Made by a program: the position numbers and the translations under genes. DNA of 64,000 nucleotides. Origin: Octopus sinensis. Taxonomy: Eukaryota. The stretch lies in the NCBI RefSeq assembly GCF_006345805.1, contig NC_043015.1:34782001-34846000 (forward strand), read 5' to 3'. The stretch's first letter is position 1. The number at the start of each line of letters is the position of its first letter. Shown here piece after piece: positions 13,870-26,600 of this stretch. Below the pieces are notes generated by a model. That model saw nothing but the letters and a program-made list of their open reading frames with translations, was not told the DNA's origin and did not search any database.

Positions 13870-15110
13870 GTGTCGATAAACAAAATGGTATCTTTTAAAA
13901 TTCTTTTTTAAAGCCAGAAGTTTATATGACGATTTACAGAAAAAGGAATGTGAAACTTATAACGAAAAAACCCTTTGGGGCAAATAAGGGCTGGTTTGCA
14001 TAAATTTGCCCAACATAAAAATGACTCGTGAAACTGCAAGCGCTGACACACAAGCTGCAACTAATTGTTCTGATCAGCTGAAGAAAATGATTCCTGAAGG
14101 GGTGTCAGAGCAAATAAACACAATGCGGATGAAACTGCACTTTTTTGGAAGCGCATACCTGCTTTATTTCTCGAAAATGATTTAAAGCTTCCAAAAGTTA
14201 TGTGACACTTCTTTTCGAAGAAAATGCTGCTGGTAATATGAAATTTAAGCCCCTATTCGTGTATCACTCTGAAAATCCAAGAGCTTCAAGAGTTACACAA
14301 CGTCTATTGGCGTTCGAATATGAAGGTTTGGAGGACTAAGAGTGATGACTAAGCCTTTTCAAAGAGTGATGACTAAGCCTTTTCAAAGACTGGTTTACAG
14401 GCGGTTTTTTTTTTGTCCTGTTGTAGAAAGATAACTTCAGACATATTTCCTACACAGAATTGCTTCTATTAGACAATGCACCGAGTCACCCAGCGGAGTC
14501 AAAAGACATTTCTGATGACGTATATTTCCCCAAGAATACAAATTTTTTGCTTCAGCCAATGGATCAATGGGGGATAGCTAACTTCAAGACATATTATATG
14601 AGAACTTTCTAATAACGCATGAAAGCAATTGGAAGGGTAAACCTGCAGTTAGAGATTTCTGGAAGAAATTCAACTCAGTGGATATTGGGGATTATATAGC
14701 TGAGTCATGGAATAAAGTGAAACCTTCAGGTCTGAATAGTACTTGGACAAATATATGAACTGACCGTATCGGTAACATTACAAGATTTCCTCAAACAGAA
14801 AGTCTACTTCAAATTTGGAAAGATATTGCGACACATGTAAAGGATGTATGATTTGAAGAATTCAAAAAGGATGCTGTGATTGAGTTGCTCGTGTCCCAGA
14901 GAGAAAGTTTATCTCACGAGGAGCTGATGCTGTTAGAAAAAGAAGCTGGGATGAAACAACGAAATTCCAACTACACTACTTCAACTGTCCATAGGATCGC
15001 AATTCCACTTGATGACATGAAAATAAATAAGAAATTTAATTTCGCATTACGGGATTTCACGTTACGACCAAAATTTCAGAATCACAATACTTCCGTAAAC
15101 CGGATGATTC
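13870..15110 (+). mobile_element. pogo/Tigger transposase remnant
   Basis: DDE_1 motifs NADETALFWKRIP, NAAGNMKFKPLFVYHSENPRA, LLDNAPSHP and LQPMDQ, with stops and frameshifts. Confidence 0.85.
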
Positions 15111-15177
15111 CTGTGTTAGTAATATACTGATTTGGTTGTATATATTATGATATTCTCCTTAATATTTCTAGTTTGTG

Positions 15178-15325
15178 GGTCGGCGAGCAGGCAGAACTGT
15201 TAGCAGGCCAGCAGCATATCATCTGTATTTACGTTTTTTTTAATTCAAATTCCACCGAGGTCGACTTTGCCTTTTATCATCTCGGGATCGATAAAATAAG
15301 TACCAGTTAAACATTGGGGTCAGTG
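15178..15325 (+). mobile_element. SINE family B
   Basis: ggcgagcaggcagaactgttagc...ttcaaattccaccgaggtcgactttgcc...ataagtaccag. Confidence 0.8.
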
Positions 15326-16309
15326 TGTAGTGGTTATAGGTATATCAATGAACATAGATGCAAATGGAATGTGTATGTAAACAAATACGTAAACCGATCC
15401 ATAATTGAAAATAATTTATTTACAGTGTTTGATTCGTTGTAGGTAGACTACATACAAAATGTAGGCAACTGCTACGAGTTGCTAGAAATACAGAGTACAT
15501 TTGGGGGTGTCATATTAGGAATGAATATGTTTGTGTGTGTGCGTGTGTGCGTTTGAAACAGTAGTCGATCGTAGCACTTCGAAATATTTCTCTTGGTCTC
15601 TGCCAAAACCTTCTGTAGGTGGACTATCTCGTCTGTCTGCTCCGTGTTGTCTGCCCGCCTCTCTCGGTTTTATAATATTTGTGGCAGCTAGAAAGACAGA
15701 CATACTGCAGCAGAGTTTGTACCTAAATAGGTCAGCGCCTGTCCAGTTGAACTTTGCCTGACATGATGAGGTCGCAGGTCAAAGGGAGATGATCAATCAA
15801 TTTTTGACAGGACAAAGAAAACTTTTTTTCGCGCCTGTTGATTGTCGTGGTTTGGACGACCGAGAATTCTTTGATTCGGTTTCGAATCTAGGCTTGGAGA
15901 AGGAAGTGTTAATTCTTACAAGTGTAATGGAGTTACCCCCTTCCCGAAATTTCTGGCCTTGTCCTAAGATTTGAAATTTCTAGTTTCTATGTAGGGTAAC
16001 TGTGTGCCGCGATTGGAAGCATGAAAGGGTATGCAAATTGGTACTAAACGTCGTTTAATTCGGGATTAATCTTTCTTTTTTTTTTTAAAGTCTAATTCTC
16101 TTTTAAAAGTTCATTTTTAGATCTCAATGTTGAGAGGAAGGTTTGCGTCATTGCTAAATGGAGCAGATGGAGAAAGTTGACTGGACACACTCGGTGACGA
16201 TCCTTCTTGTTGGAGGACAGCTTCATATTTCAGTAACTGACAGTTATATCAGATTTTGGTAGAAGTAATGAATGCGCCCGAGGCGATGCATTCTATTACG
16301 CGGGTAGAC

Positions 16310-16418
<109 letters not shown>

Positions 16419-16563
16419 ATAATGATAAGGAAGGTGGAGATTTTTCCCATCTATAATTTTATTTTACAGTTATTTACACCATATTATTTTCCGGACCTAT
16501 ACGTTGAATATGCAACCTAGTATCATGGTTGGTGCAGTTTCGTCAGGGTCCTTCACCCTAGAC

Positions 16564-16885
16564 CAGGGTCACCAAGCTACAGCCCGCGGGCTGGGTCCGG
16601 CCCATGAGGTCAGTTCATCCGGCTCACCGATGCGCTGTACCTTTTGCGTAAGTTCCCGCAATGTGAGTTCATCTGCCTCTCGTATGGCATCAATGTGATA
16701 TAACTGGATGTGATATCTTATTGCTAACGTCGCCTTCTTTGCTTTCTGATAAATAAATATGTTGCTTTGTCTTATGGTTTCTTATGGATTCACTCTGTTA
16801 TTGTTTTGAGCCAAATGGTTATGCGGCCCGCGCTCGTCATTCTCTCACTTATCTGGCCCCCGTGAAAAAAGTTTAGTGACCCCTA
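16564..16885. mobile_element. hAT (Charlie-type) MITE
   Basis: TIRs cagggtcaccaagct / agtttagtgaccccta; subterminal ggcccgc motifs; TSD degenerate. Confidence 0.7.
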
Positions 16886-16918
16886 CCAAGCACGCACATA
16901 TATATACATTAATATATA

Positions 16919-17227
16919 TCACCGTGATCACCGTGACCGACCAGGCTATCAGATGTTGCTACACATCGCTGGTCACAATGCGTTTCGCATTGTTTTAGCC
17001 TTTAAATGACGCCACCCCTCTGGCTAAGTGAGCAGGCCAACAGAAGAAAGAGTGAGAGAAAATTGTGATGAAAGAGTACAGCAGGGATCACCACCAGCCC
17101 CTGCTGGAGCCTCGTGGAGCTTTAGGTGTTTTCGCTCAATAAACACTCACAAAGCCTAGTCTAGAAATCGAAACCGTGATCCTATGACCGCGAGTCTGCT
17201 GCCCTAACCACTGGGCCATTGTGCCTC
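16919..17227 (-). mobile_element. tRNA-derived SINE (family C)
   Basis: Minus-strand head gaggcacaatggcccagtggttaggg (A box) ... ggtttcgatttct (B-box-like), followed by a non-tRNA body. Confidence 0.8.
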
Positions 17228-17239
17228 AACTGATTAATA

Positions 17240-17307
<68 letters not shown>

Positions 17308-17409
17308 GGAGTAAACACATAAATGTGAAACAAGGTGGAAAAAAGAGTACTCAAATACCAGTGGTAGAGTAATATGCTTTATTTTAAGCAGCAGAAAATT
17401 CAACAAAAT

Positions 17410-17447
17410 CTGTTACTCTGAGTTTCTCGTTGCCGTTCATCAGACAG
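17410..17447 (-). ncRNA. Minimal type I hammerhead-like motif (left arm)
   Basis: CUGU CUGAUGA A CG GCAA CG A GAAA CUC A GAG UA ACAG; canonical core, 2-bp stem II with GNRA loop closed by A.A. Confidence 0.5.
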
Positions 17448-17478
17448 TTCTTGCTAGAATGGAACTTGCTAGCAAGAA

Positions 17479-17516
17479 CTGTCTGATGAACGGCAATGAG
17501 AAACTCAGAGTAACAG
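17479..17516 (+). ncRNA. Minimal type I hammerhead-like motif (right arm)
   Basis: CUGU CUGAUGA ACGGCAAUGA GAAA CUCAGAG UA ACAG; predicted GUA cleavage after 17512; stem I extends through GCAAGA/UUUUGU. Confidence 0.5.
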
Positions 17517-17549
17517 ATTTTGTTGAATTTTCTGCTGCTTAAAATAAAG

Positions 17550-17684
<135 letters not shown>

Positions 17685-17754
17685 CATATGCAAGCACACA
17701 TACACACACGCATATACATACGAATGTATGTATTTGTGTGTCTGTATGTAACCC

Positions 17755-17905
17755 CGCCATCGCTTGATAACTAATGTTGATGCGATTATGCCCCTGTAAC
17801 TTGGCGGTTCGGAAGAAGAGGCGATAGAATAAATACAAAGCTTCCAAAGAATAATTCCTGGCATTGATTTGTTCAAATAAAAGACGGTGCTCCAGTATGG
17901 CCTAT
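17755..17905 (+). mobile_element. 3' half of SINE family A
   Basis: catcgcttgataac...tgtaacttggcggttcgg...ggtgctccagtatggcc. Confidence 0.7.
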
Positions 17906-18299
17906 CGTCTTTTGAAACATATTGGATGGGAGGTCATGTTGCTGGTTTTGACAATAAAAACACAAGCACTATTTATTTGATGTTCACTATTTGTTTTTCA
18001 GGTTTTCGTTCGACCAGAGTTCTTTCGTTACAATTCAGTGGCCTTAAACGTGGTCCTTTATTTTCTTCTTTTTTCTTTCTTCTGTCTGCTCTTTTTAATC
18101 ATCCGCCATGTTGTAATCCACAGAAATTCAAATTCTTTCTCTATTTCACTCTTTATGCCTGTCAATGTATATACTTATGAGTTCATACTCAGCGGTCAAC
18201 ATCTGGCAGATATTGTCTTAATTTTCTATCCTGCTCCTCTCGGCTTCTTTTCCCCTCTTGTTTGCAAAACATTCCCTATCTATTTCTACTTGTCTTTCT

Positions 18300-19720
18300 C
18301 TTCACTGTCCGGTACGTTTCTGAAGACCTGAATGTCAATGAGGATTTTCTAGGTTTTTATAATCCCCCTGACTGCTCTTCGGAGACATTAACTAAGATTA
18401 CTCTAGATGTTTTTTGTCGCCTAAACATTTCACTTGGCTCAAAGTTATGCTGTTTTTCATTCGATGGTGCAAGTACCACGAGTGGAAACATTTCAGGTGT
18501 ACAAATGCGATTGAAAAACTACTCTCTGTGGAAACCACTCTCTGTGGAAACCACTCTCTGTGGAAACCACTCTCTGGACTTTGTCCTCCAAGAAGTTAGT
18601 TCTAAAGTTACCTTTGTAGCTGATGCACTGAACTTTGTTCATCAATGCGCCATTCTTGTAAAAGAGTCACCAAAAAGAAAAGCACAATGGGCAAATCTTG
18701 TGGTGAGAATGTCATCATGTTGCAAGCAGTGTGTCCAACTCGGTGGTGCATTAGAGCCACAACACTGAATCGAGCAGAAAACAATTATAAGAATATTCAG
18801 AATTTTCTGCTTGACCTTCTTAATGACTCGTCGTTAAGAGCAACAACAAAGGCTACTGTTAAAAGTCTGCTAAAACAATCTGGCAAAGCTTCCACTTTGT
18901 TCGGCATTAAAATCGCTGGGGATATATTTGGAGTATGTGAGCCAGTGGCACGTAGCTTACAGCGTCCAGGCACGACAGCCGCTGATTGCTTGAAATTGAT
19001 TGAAAAGTTGAAAAACTCGCTTTCAAAAATGAGACGTGAGAAAGTTTTTGAAAAATATTTCGATGAAGTATCCTCTTCTGACTTAGTGAAAATGCCCAAC
19101 ATTTCGCGATCCAAAAACACACCACTGCGCTTTAGGCAGACAACAACTACTGAAGAAGTGGCTCTTTCTGTCACCGATGTCTAGCGTCGGCAATTTTTCT
19201 CTATAGTGGATGTCATCGAAAATGAATTGACTCACCGGTTTCAGCAAGAGGGAATGCGTGTATGCTCTGAACGAGAGGAGTTGCTGTTGTCAGCAGTCAA
19301 TTGTGGAGTATTTAACTTTGAAAATGCACATCTACCTGCTTCTTTTGATTTGCTCTTATTGTCATCTCAAATCAAACTTCTTGCTGGCCTATGAACGGAA
19401 AGGGAAACTTTGCTTAAATCATTTAATGACATAGTTGAAAAATGGAGAGCGTCTGGTGCTATTTTTCGTTCTAGTATGCCACAAGTGTTGGTGTTAATGC
19501 AGCTTGTCTTGTCTTCACCTATGTCTGTTGCATCAAGCGAAAGAACATTCAACGCACTTCGCCGTTTGAGGACATGGCTCCGTAACACAATGTCACAGCA
19601 CCGTCTTACACATTGTGCCATAATGCATGTACATGAAAAAATATACGATGAAAACACTGCACATCCTCATGAAACATTTCATTAACAAAACGTGTGAGCG
19701 TAGGAAAACTTTTGGAATAT
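18300..19720 (+). mobile_element. hAT transposase remnant (ZMYM1-like type)
   Basis: RYV..DLNVNEDFLGFY, FDGASTTSG, CGNHSLDFVLQE, CPTRWCIR, dimerisation domain SVASSERTFNALRRLRTWLRNTMSQHRL; frameshifted. Confidence 0.9.
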
Positions 19721-19879
19721 GTTGATACGGTTTTCTTTATGTACATGTGAATTATGGAGTGATGCAAAAACTCAGCTTACTTCCATTTTAACACTTCTTA
19801 TAGCTTCATTATTTCTTTCTTGGTAAACTGACATTTGAATGTTCAGAGAAAACTTCAAAAGTTACTATTAGTGACCTCT

Positions 19880-20600
19880 CTTGAAGATTAACAAAATTTG
19901 GCATCGTGCTGTTATCAAGTACCCGTAGAGAAAGGATTCAGTCCCCAAGGACATGTTGATATATCGGAGGATGGTGCTCCAGTTTTATCACCAGTGCAAA
20001 AGTGATTAATAAGTTTTGAGCAGAGATAATTTTTGAGAAGACTAATGATCTGAACAGTCTGCAACTGCCTCCATCGGAGGAAAAAAAATAAATTGCCAAT
20101 GTTATTAGTATATCACGTGTGAGAGCTGAGAATATTCTACGTGTATCACGTGTGAGAGCTGAGAAAATTTGGCATGATGAAAGTTTCTGCTTGGTGGGTG
20201 TTGCCTCTTCTGACACCTGATTAAAAGGGCACCAGGCTGATGACATTTCGAGAATATCTGACATTGCTTCAGGCAGTTTCCTTAAATGTGCTGGGTTCAT
20301 CATTTTGAGTTAGAGAATAAGAGATAATCTAACCGTGGAAACACTCCTCAACACTTACTCCAAAGAAGGTCATCAAGATCGTTTAATCTGCAGGGAAGGT
20401 GATGGCCTCAGGATTTTGGATTGCAAAAAGCATCGTGTTTATTGACTACTTTCAAAAGGCTCTCACCATCAATGGAGAGTGCTGTACGATGCCACCTTTC
20501 TAAGGCAGTTCATCTAATACAAGAAGAAAATTGCAGATAAATTGAATAAAAACATGAAAAATAACAAAATGATATTTCATTGAAAAGTAAACCATTCTGA
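19880..20600 (+). mobile_element. mariner transposase remnant
   Basis: MMKVSAWWVLPLLTPD (WVP-like), CWVHHFE, SAGKVMASGFW, VFIDYFQKALTINGE. Confidence 0.8.
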
Positions 20601-20829
20601 AAGATAGTTCAGAATGTTTTCAAAACATTCATCTCCAGCTTTTACAGCAAGAAAAGCGCATCTCGTTGTTAGCCTGTAAAATCGACGACTTACGATGAGC
20701 GCGCTCGTCTGCGCAAATTTGTGACATGCGCACTCCCAGAACTCGGATCCACACTTCTCTAGTAGCGCCAAATTTTGGAACTGAGTTTGCCCCTCCCGGG
20801 CCACTGCGTGTACGCATTTATATATAGAT

Positions 20830-21073
<244 letters not shown>

Positions 21074-21496
21074 AAAGATAAATGCGATACAATAAAATTA
21101 ATTATAATCGCCGGTGTATATATATATATATATAATATATATATATATAGACATACACGTATACGCTCAAATATATATATATATTATGTGTGTGTATATA
21201 TATGCATATATTATGCATGTATGTATATATACATATCCATATATGAAGAGTGGGGAATATGTGTGTATGTATAGAGAGAGAGGAGGAGGGAGTGGGAGAG
21301 AGAGATTGCTTGCTATCGATAGATCCATTTGTGTTCGTATGTGTATATAAATATCTTTATGTGCACATTCTCATATCAGACACATTCACACTAAACAAAT
21401 GCCCGAAGTTGTGTGGAAAACTAATCGCACACACACAGAGTGAGAGAGAGAGAATCTAGACAAGTTAAAACAAGTTTCTTTTAGCAGATACATGTC

Positions 21497-21530
<34 letters not shown>

Positions 21531-21844
21531 TGTGTGTGTGTATGTATGTATCTATCTATCTATCTATCTATCTATTTATGTAAAAGAGAAAGGATGGGCT
21601 TATTTTCACGAAATATTTTGGGCGTGTGTATGTTGCGAATTTCAGTGTGTGTGTGTGTGTGTGTTGTAATATAACATCGTAGCCGCCCAATGTGGGCGTA
21701 TGTATTGCGGTGTGTAAATATTTTACATCTTGTTCGTGTGGTTTCTGGTTCGATTTCACCACGTGGTACTTTGGACAAATATTTTCTGTCATAGCCTTCA
21801 ATTGAATTATGATTTGCGAGTAAGATTGGATATTTATGAGGTTA

Positions 21845-22169
21845 CGTACGTACGTACATACATAGGTACGTACGTATGCATGCATGTATGTATGTATGTA
21901 TGTATGTATGTATGTATGTATGTATGTATGTATGTATGTATGTTTGTATGTATGTATGTATGTTTGTATGTATGTTTGTATGTATGTATGTATGTATGTA
22001 TGTATGCATGTATGTATGTATGTTGTATGTATGTATGTATGTATGTATGTATGTATGCATGCATGTTTGTATGTATGTATGTATGTATGCATGTATGTAT
22101 GTATGTATGTATGTATGTATGTATGTATGTATGTATGTATGTATGTATGTATGTATGCATGCATGTTTG

Positions 22170-22203
<34 letters not shown>

Positions 22204-22492
22204 TGTGTGTATGTATGCATGCATGTATGTATGTATGTATGTATGTATGTTTGTATGTATGTATGTATGTATGTATGTATGTATGTATGTATGCATGCAT
22301 GTATGTATGTATGTATGTATGTATGTATGTATGTATGTATGTATGTATGTATGTATGTATGTATGTATGTATGCATGCATGTATGTATGTATGTATGTTT
22401 GTATGTATGTATGTATGTATGTATGTATGCATGTATGTATGTTTGTATGTTTGTATGTATGCATGTATGTATGCATGTATGTATGTATGTAT
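21845..22492. repeat. (TATG)n microsatellite, ~650 bp
   Basis: Direct reading; source of the YVCM/HTYI ORFs. Confidence 0.95.
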
Positions 22493-22964
22493 ATAAAAAT
22501 ATAAATGCATATGCTTAAATGCATGTTTTATAGCTTTGTGTATTTGTATGAATGTTTTCGTTTGACATTTATAAAAGCTTCGAAATGATGCATGTTTCAA
22601 AGAAATGTTCGTTTCTTTGGGTGAAAATAGTTCTTAGGATTTGTGAAGATCTGAATTAATTAATCTGTGCATATATGCAGGTGCGTGGCTACAGGGACTC
22701 TCACCCTTGTTATAGGTGTTCATAATAAACACAAATACAAACATTCACATACTTCCCTTGTACACGCACACACATACAAACATTCACATACTTCCCTTGT
22801 ACACGCACACACATACACACATATACTCACACAGAGTTGAAACGCTGTTTGATTTTTCTTTTCGGCGTTGACTGTTCACCATCCCACTTACAGTTTGATA
22901 TCACCCCTTCCTTTCTCATTCATATGTTGTGACGGAGAAAGGCACAAGAGTATTATTATAGCAG

Positions 22965-22965
<1 letters not shown>

Positions 22966-23032
<67 letters not shown>

Positions 23033-23093
23033 CATCATTATTATTATTGTTATTATTATTGTTATTGTCATCATCATCATCATCATTATTATT
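22966..23093. repeat. (TAT)n/(CAT)n compound microsatellite, left flank of the Tx1 element
   Basis: Direct reading. Confidence 0.95.
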
Positions 23094-25280
23094 GTGGAAC
23101 GCACAATGGTGCAGACTTCGGTGTGTACCTGGACGGCCTACCGCAACTCTCGGACAGCGAGGCAGAGTGCTGCGAAGGACCGATATCTGCCTGGGAAGTG
23201 GAGGAAGCGATGAAGAGTTGCACGAGAGGTAGATCGCCGGGTTTGGATGGTCTGCCCTACGAGCTTTACACTTCAATGCCAGACTTGTTTGCGGGCCTGT
23301 TGGCAAACGTCTACTGCAACTGGCCGCAAAACGGGAGAATTCCTGCTTTTGTCTGTCGAGGGGTGGTGGCTTTGCTAAAAAAAAAAGAACCCAAACAAGG
23401 GGGACGTTATAGGGAATTTTCGGCCCATCACTCTGCTCAATGCAGAGTTGAAGATTTTGGCCAAGGTGCTAGCCAAGAGATTGGCGCTTGTCGTGGACAA
23501 GCTGGTCGGCAAGACGCAGACATGCGCCGTGCCGACCAGGTCGATACACGACAACCTCAATCTCATGCGCTACATCATAGAGAGGGTGGGTAACGACGCT
23601 AGTGTGGGTGGGGCTTTGATCAACTTAGATCAGAGTAAAGCCTTCGATAGGGTCGACCATCGGTACCTGGCAGCTGTTCTCAAGGCAGCCGGCTTCGGTC
23701 CAGTCTTCCGCGGGTGGATCGCTGCTTTATACAGCAACATCTGCTCGGTGATACGGGTGAACGGTCACCTTTCGGAACCGTTCGACATCTCGCGTTCGGT
23801 CCGCCAAGGATGCTCTCTCTCCTCCCTCTTGTACATATTGACTCTCGAGCCATTACTGCGCAAGTTGGAGGCTTTGAGGAGTATCCCGCGCGATCTAGGA
23901 GGCGGAAACAGCGTGTCTGCCTATGCCGACGACGTCACCGTGATGGTGTCGTGCCACAGGCACATTGGCCTGATTGGCGAAACACTAAACGAGTACGAAG
24001 CGGTGACAGGGGCAAAGATTAACGCGGAAAAGTCTGTGGGCTTGCAACTAGGCACCTGGAGAGGCAAGCCCATGCCGTCCAACAGCGTCGTAGTGCGCTG
24101 GACAGACGGACCCGTTAAACTGCTCGGGGTCTGGTTCGGTCCGGACCTCCAGGTGGATAAAAACTGGGAAGAGGTGACGAGCACGGTGGCGCGTCTCACC
24201 CAGAAATGGGCCGAGAGGAAGCTGTCCCTGAAAGGTCGAGCGGAGGTGGCGAATGCGTACATCGCATCCGTCATCTATTACCGCTTGACCGTCGTCCCTT
24301 GTCCCAACCGCTGGTTGGCCAAGCTGGTACGCCTGCTCTTCGACTTTTTGTGGAAGGGTCAGGTGCCACTGGTCAGGCGATCCATCTGCTGTCAACGACC
24401 GCTGAACGGAGGCCTTGGCATGCCGTGGTTGCTGATGCGCAGACATGCGCTCAGGCTGCGACATCTCAAGCGTTTCCTAGACGGTGATCAGGTGTGGTCG
24501 TCTTTTGTCAGACGCGACTTTCCGCAGCTCGTCTCTTTGACAGAGCTGCAGACCTGGATCAAACGTAGACCGAGAAAGGGCACTTGGCACCTCGAGTGCC
24601 GTCACGCTCTCTCCGCCCTCCGCCAGGCGGGCAATGCGATCGGTTTCAGCTCCACTCTAGCGTTCTATAGAGGGTTAGTGGAGGGAAAATGCGACGACGT
24701 TCTCGGGGAAACTCTAGGCGTTGACGATAACGAACTGAGCGGAAGGACTTTCGGGCCGGGGCCGATGGACAATTTCCAGAGGTCGCTCGCCTGGCAGTGC
24801 TACCGAGGGGCTCTGCCTGTTCGGGATAAACTCTACCGGCACGGAAGTGCCGTCAGCCGAGCCTGCCCGAGGTGTTGCCAGGACGACGAAACCGTTCTGC
24901 ACGCACTCGTTCAGTGCCCGAGTATTGCTGAACTATGGGTTTATGTCGAACAGCTACTGTCACGTGTAGGACGGATCCGGCTATCGGCCGAATCCACAGT
25001 GAAGACTGCCCCGCCGACCTCCTTTAACAAGGAGGGCGAGGCCGTTTTCTTGTGCCTAGTGGCTGTGGCGAAAGAGGTGGTATGGTGGACCCGTTTGAAA
25101 GGGCTAAAGTCAGACACTTTCCTCTTTGGTCAAGGCCTCATCAACTTTTTCAAGTTTCACTTGAAAAGGAAGATGAGGTTAGAGAGGAAAGTGCTGCCAG
25201 ATAGCAAGTTTTCTGAAAGGTGGGTGAATTGTACGAGAATGGCCAGTATAAATGGACCAGTTCTCAGGTTTCGCCTGTGA
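23094..25280 (+). pseudogene. Tx1-type ORF2 fragment: reverse transcriptase and C-terminal CCHC, one frameshift, no endonuclease
   Basis: SPGLDGLPYELY, NFRPITLLNAELKILAK, LDQSKAFDRVDH, VRQGCSLSSLLY, SAYADD, KLLGVWF, CPRCCQDDETVLHALVQC; frameshift in the A10 run at 23377-23386. Confidence 0.92.
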
Positions 25281-25548
25281 TTCAAAAAGTTTTATAAAAG
25301 GAGAAAGGGGCTCTCTACGCCCCTTTTGACCAGGCTCCCGTTGGCTTTTATGGGTTTTTTTCCACCAGGAACCTTTCGAAGCGCCTCCCCCTATTGGGAG
25401 TTTTTAATTGTTACAATCTTTCGTTGTTAAACTGTTTTTACACGATTTTTTTTCACAAACGGACAAAACCCTTTGTAACCTTTCGTCTTGTTTTGTCCAT
25501 TTATGTTTTCTAATCATGTGTGTCAGCCCTTGTGGCCAATAAAAAAGA

Positions 25549-25549
<1 letters not shown>
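23094..25549 (+). mobile_element. 5'-truncated Tx1/L1-clade non-LTR retrotransposon
   Basis: ORF2 RT and zinc knuckle, 3' UTR, AATAAA at 25538-25543 and a short A-rich end; markedly GC-richer than the flanks. Confidence 0.92.
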
Positions 25550-25593
<44 letters not shown>

Positions 25594-25643
25594 CATCATT
25601 ATCGTCGTCGTCGTCGTCGTCGTCGTCGTCATCGTCATCGTCG

Positions 25644-25683
<40 letters not shown>

Positions 25684-25694
25684 TATTATTATTA
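25550..25694. repeat. (TAT)n/(CGT)n/(CAT)n compound microsatellite, right flank of the Tx1 element
   Basis: Direct reading. Confidence 0.95.
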
Positions 25695-26039
25695 CTGTAA
25701 ATCTGAAAATGTCAACAGAAAAACAATAAACTGCATTTTCTGTTATTCTATACTCTTCCCATGGACGTGATTTATTAAATTCTTAATTGAACCTCCATTA
25801 ACTTGAACCAAACAATATTTGGGGAAATTTTCTTGGCTATGTTTGAACTGATGCATCGTTTTTGTTGTTGTTGTGCCTGAACAGTAAGTTTGAAGTGAAA
25901 GGTCTACCGATTCCTAATCACAGAGGACTTGTACTTCGCTGTCTGTTACAGGGTGACCAAACCTTGTCAATACCCGCATCTTTTTAATCTGTTGCATTAG
26001 AACCTGTTGAGTCTATAATGTCAAAATCCTAAAACTCTG

Positions 26040-26600
26040 TAGAAATGGATATTTTGGGGACGTTTTGGATGCTTTACAAACCAGCCCCGCATCCGACCTT
26101 AGTGTTAGAGCGACAGTGCCAGGACAGTGCCAGGGGCAGTGTCAGGGACAGTGCCAGGACAGTGCCAGGGGCAGTGTCAGGGACAGTGCCAGGACAGTGC
26201 CAGCGAACTTCAGTTGCTTCCCCAGATCAACTTTCAGCTCCCAGTCTTTCGCTCTTACAAGTAGACCCGAGGGCGCAGACTTAGCAACGGGTAACTTCTT
26301 TTCGTCGGCCATGACAAAAGTCATGAACTTCGTTGGGCAGAGGTGCTTGCGATCCCTAATCCTACTTTGGATGATTTATGTTATGACCCTTAAAACCTGA
26401 TCATGCCTCCAGCAGTAGCGTACTCTCCGTAGCTTTTGGATAGCCCAGAGTTCGTCTTCGCGGGCACAGGAGCAAGATGGTGACTCTGACTTACTTCAGC
26501 ATTACCAGTTGTATGGGCTTCATAGGACATCATAAACTGCCTGAATTAGGAGTTTTATCTGATGGGGCTCCACTTTCCAAGATTTAAGCATCACGGGACG
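26040..26600 (-). mobile_element. Hero-like (RLE-type) non-LTR retrotransposon C-terminal fragment
   Basis: WKVEPHQIKLLIQAVYDVL, RYCWRHDQVL, DWELKVDLGKQLKF and TLRSD (RPD-like endonuclease start). Confidence 0.8.
26112..26203. repeat. 35-bp higher-order tandem repeat (11+11+13 subunits) x2.6
   Basis: (gacagtgccag gacagtgccag gggcagtgtcagg)x2 + gacagtgccag x2. Confidence 0.95.

Larger units (their letters stand above)
17306..17549. mobile_element. (TA)n-flanked Penelope pLTR-like element with an 81-bp inverted arm pair
   Basis: 17377-17457 pairs with 17469-17549 (one G.T mismatch, 11-nt loop); bounded by (TA)n on both sides. Confidence 0.8.

Noticed and set aside
15515-15974. Unique-looking GC-balanced stretch with short ORFs
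   Set aside because: No motif, splice pair or family recognised
22868-23093. Poly-Tyr N-terminus apparently fused to the Tx1 RT ORF
   Set aside because: Read-through from the flanking (TAT)n; the element is simply 5'-truncated at 23094
26112-26203. Regular direct repeats suggestive of a CRISPR array (also 18521-18577)
   Set aside because: Head-to-tail units with no unique spacers, eukaryotic context, no cas genes
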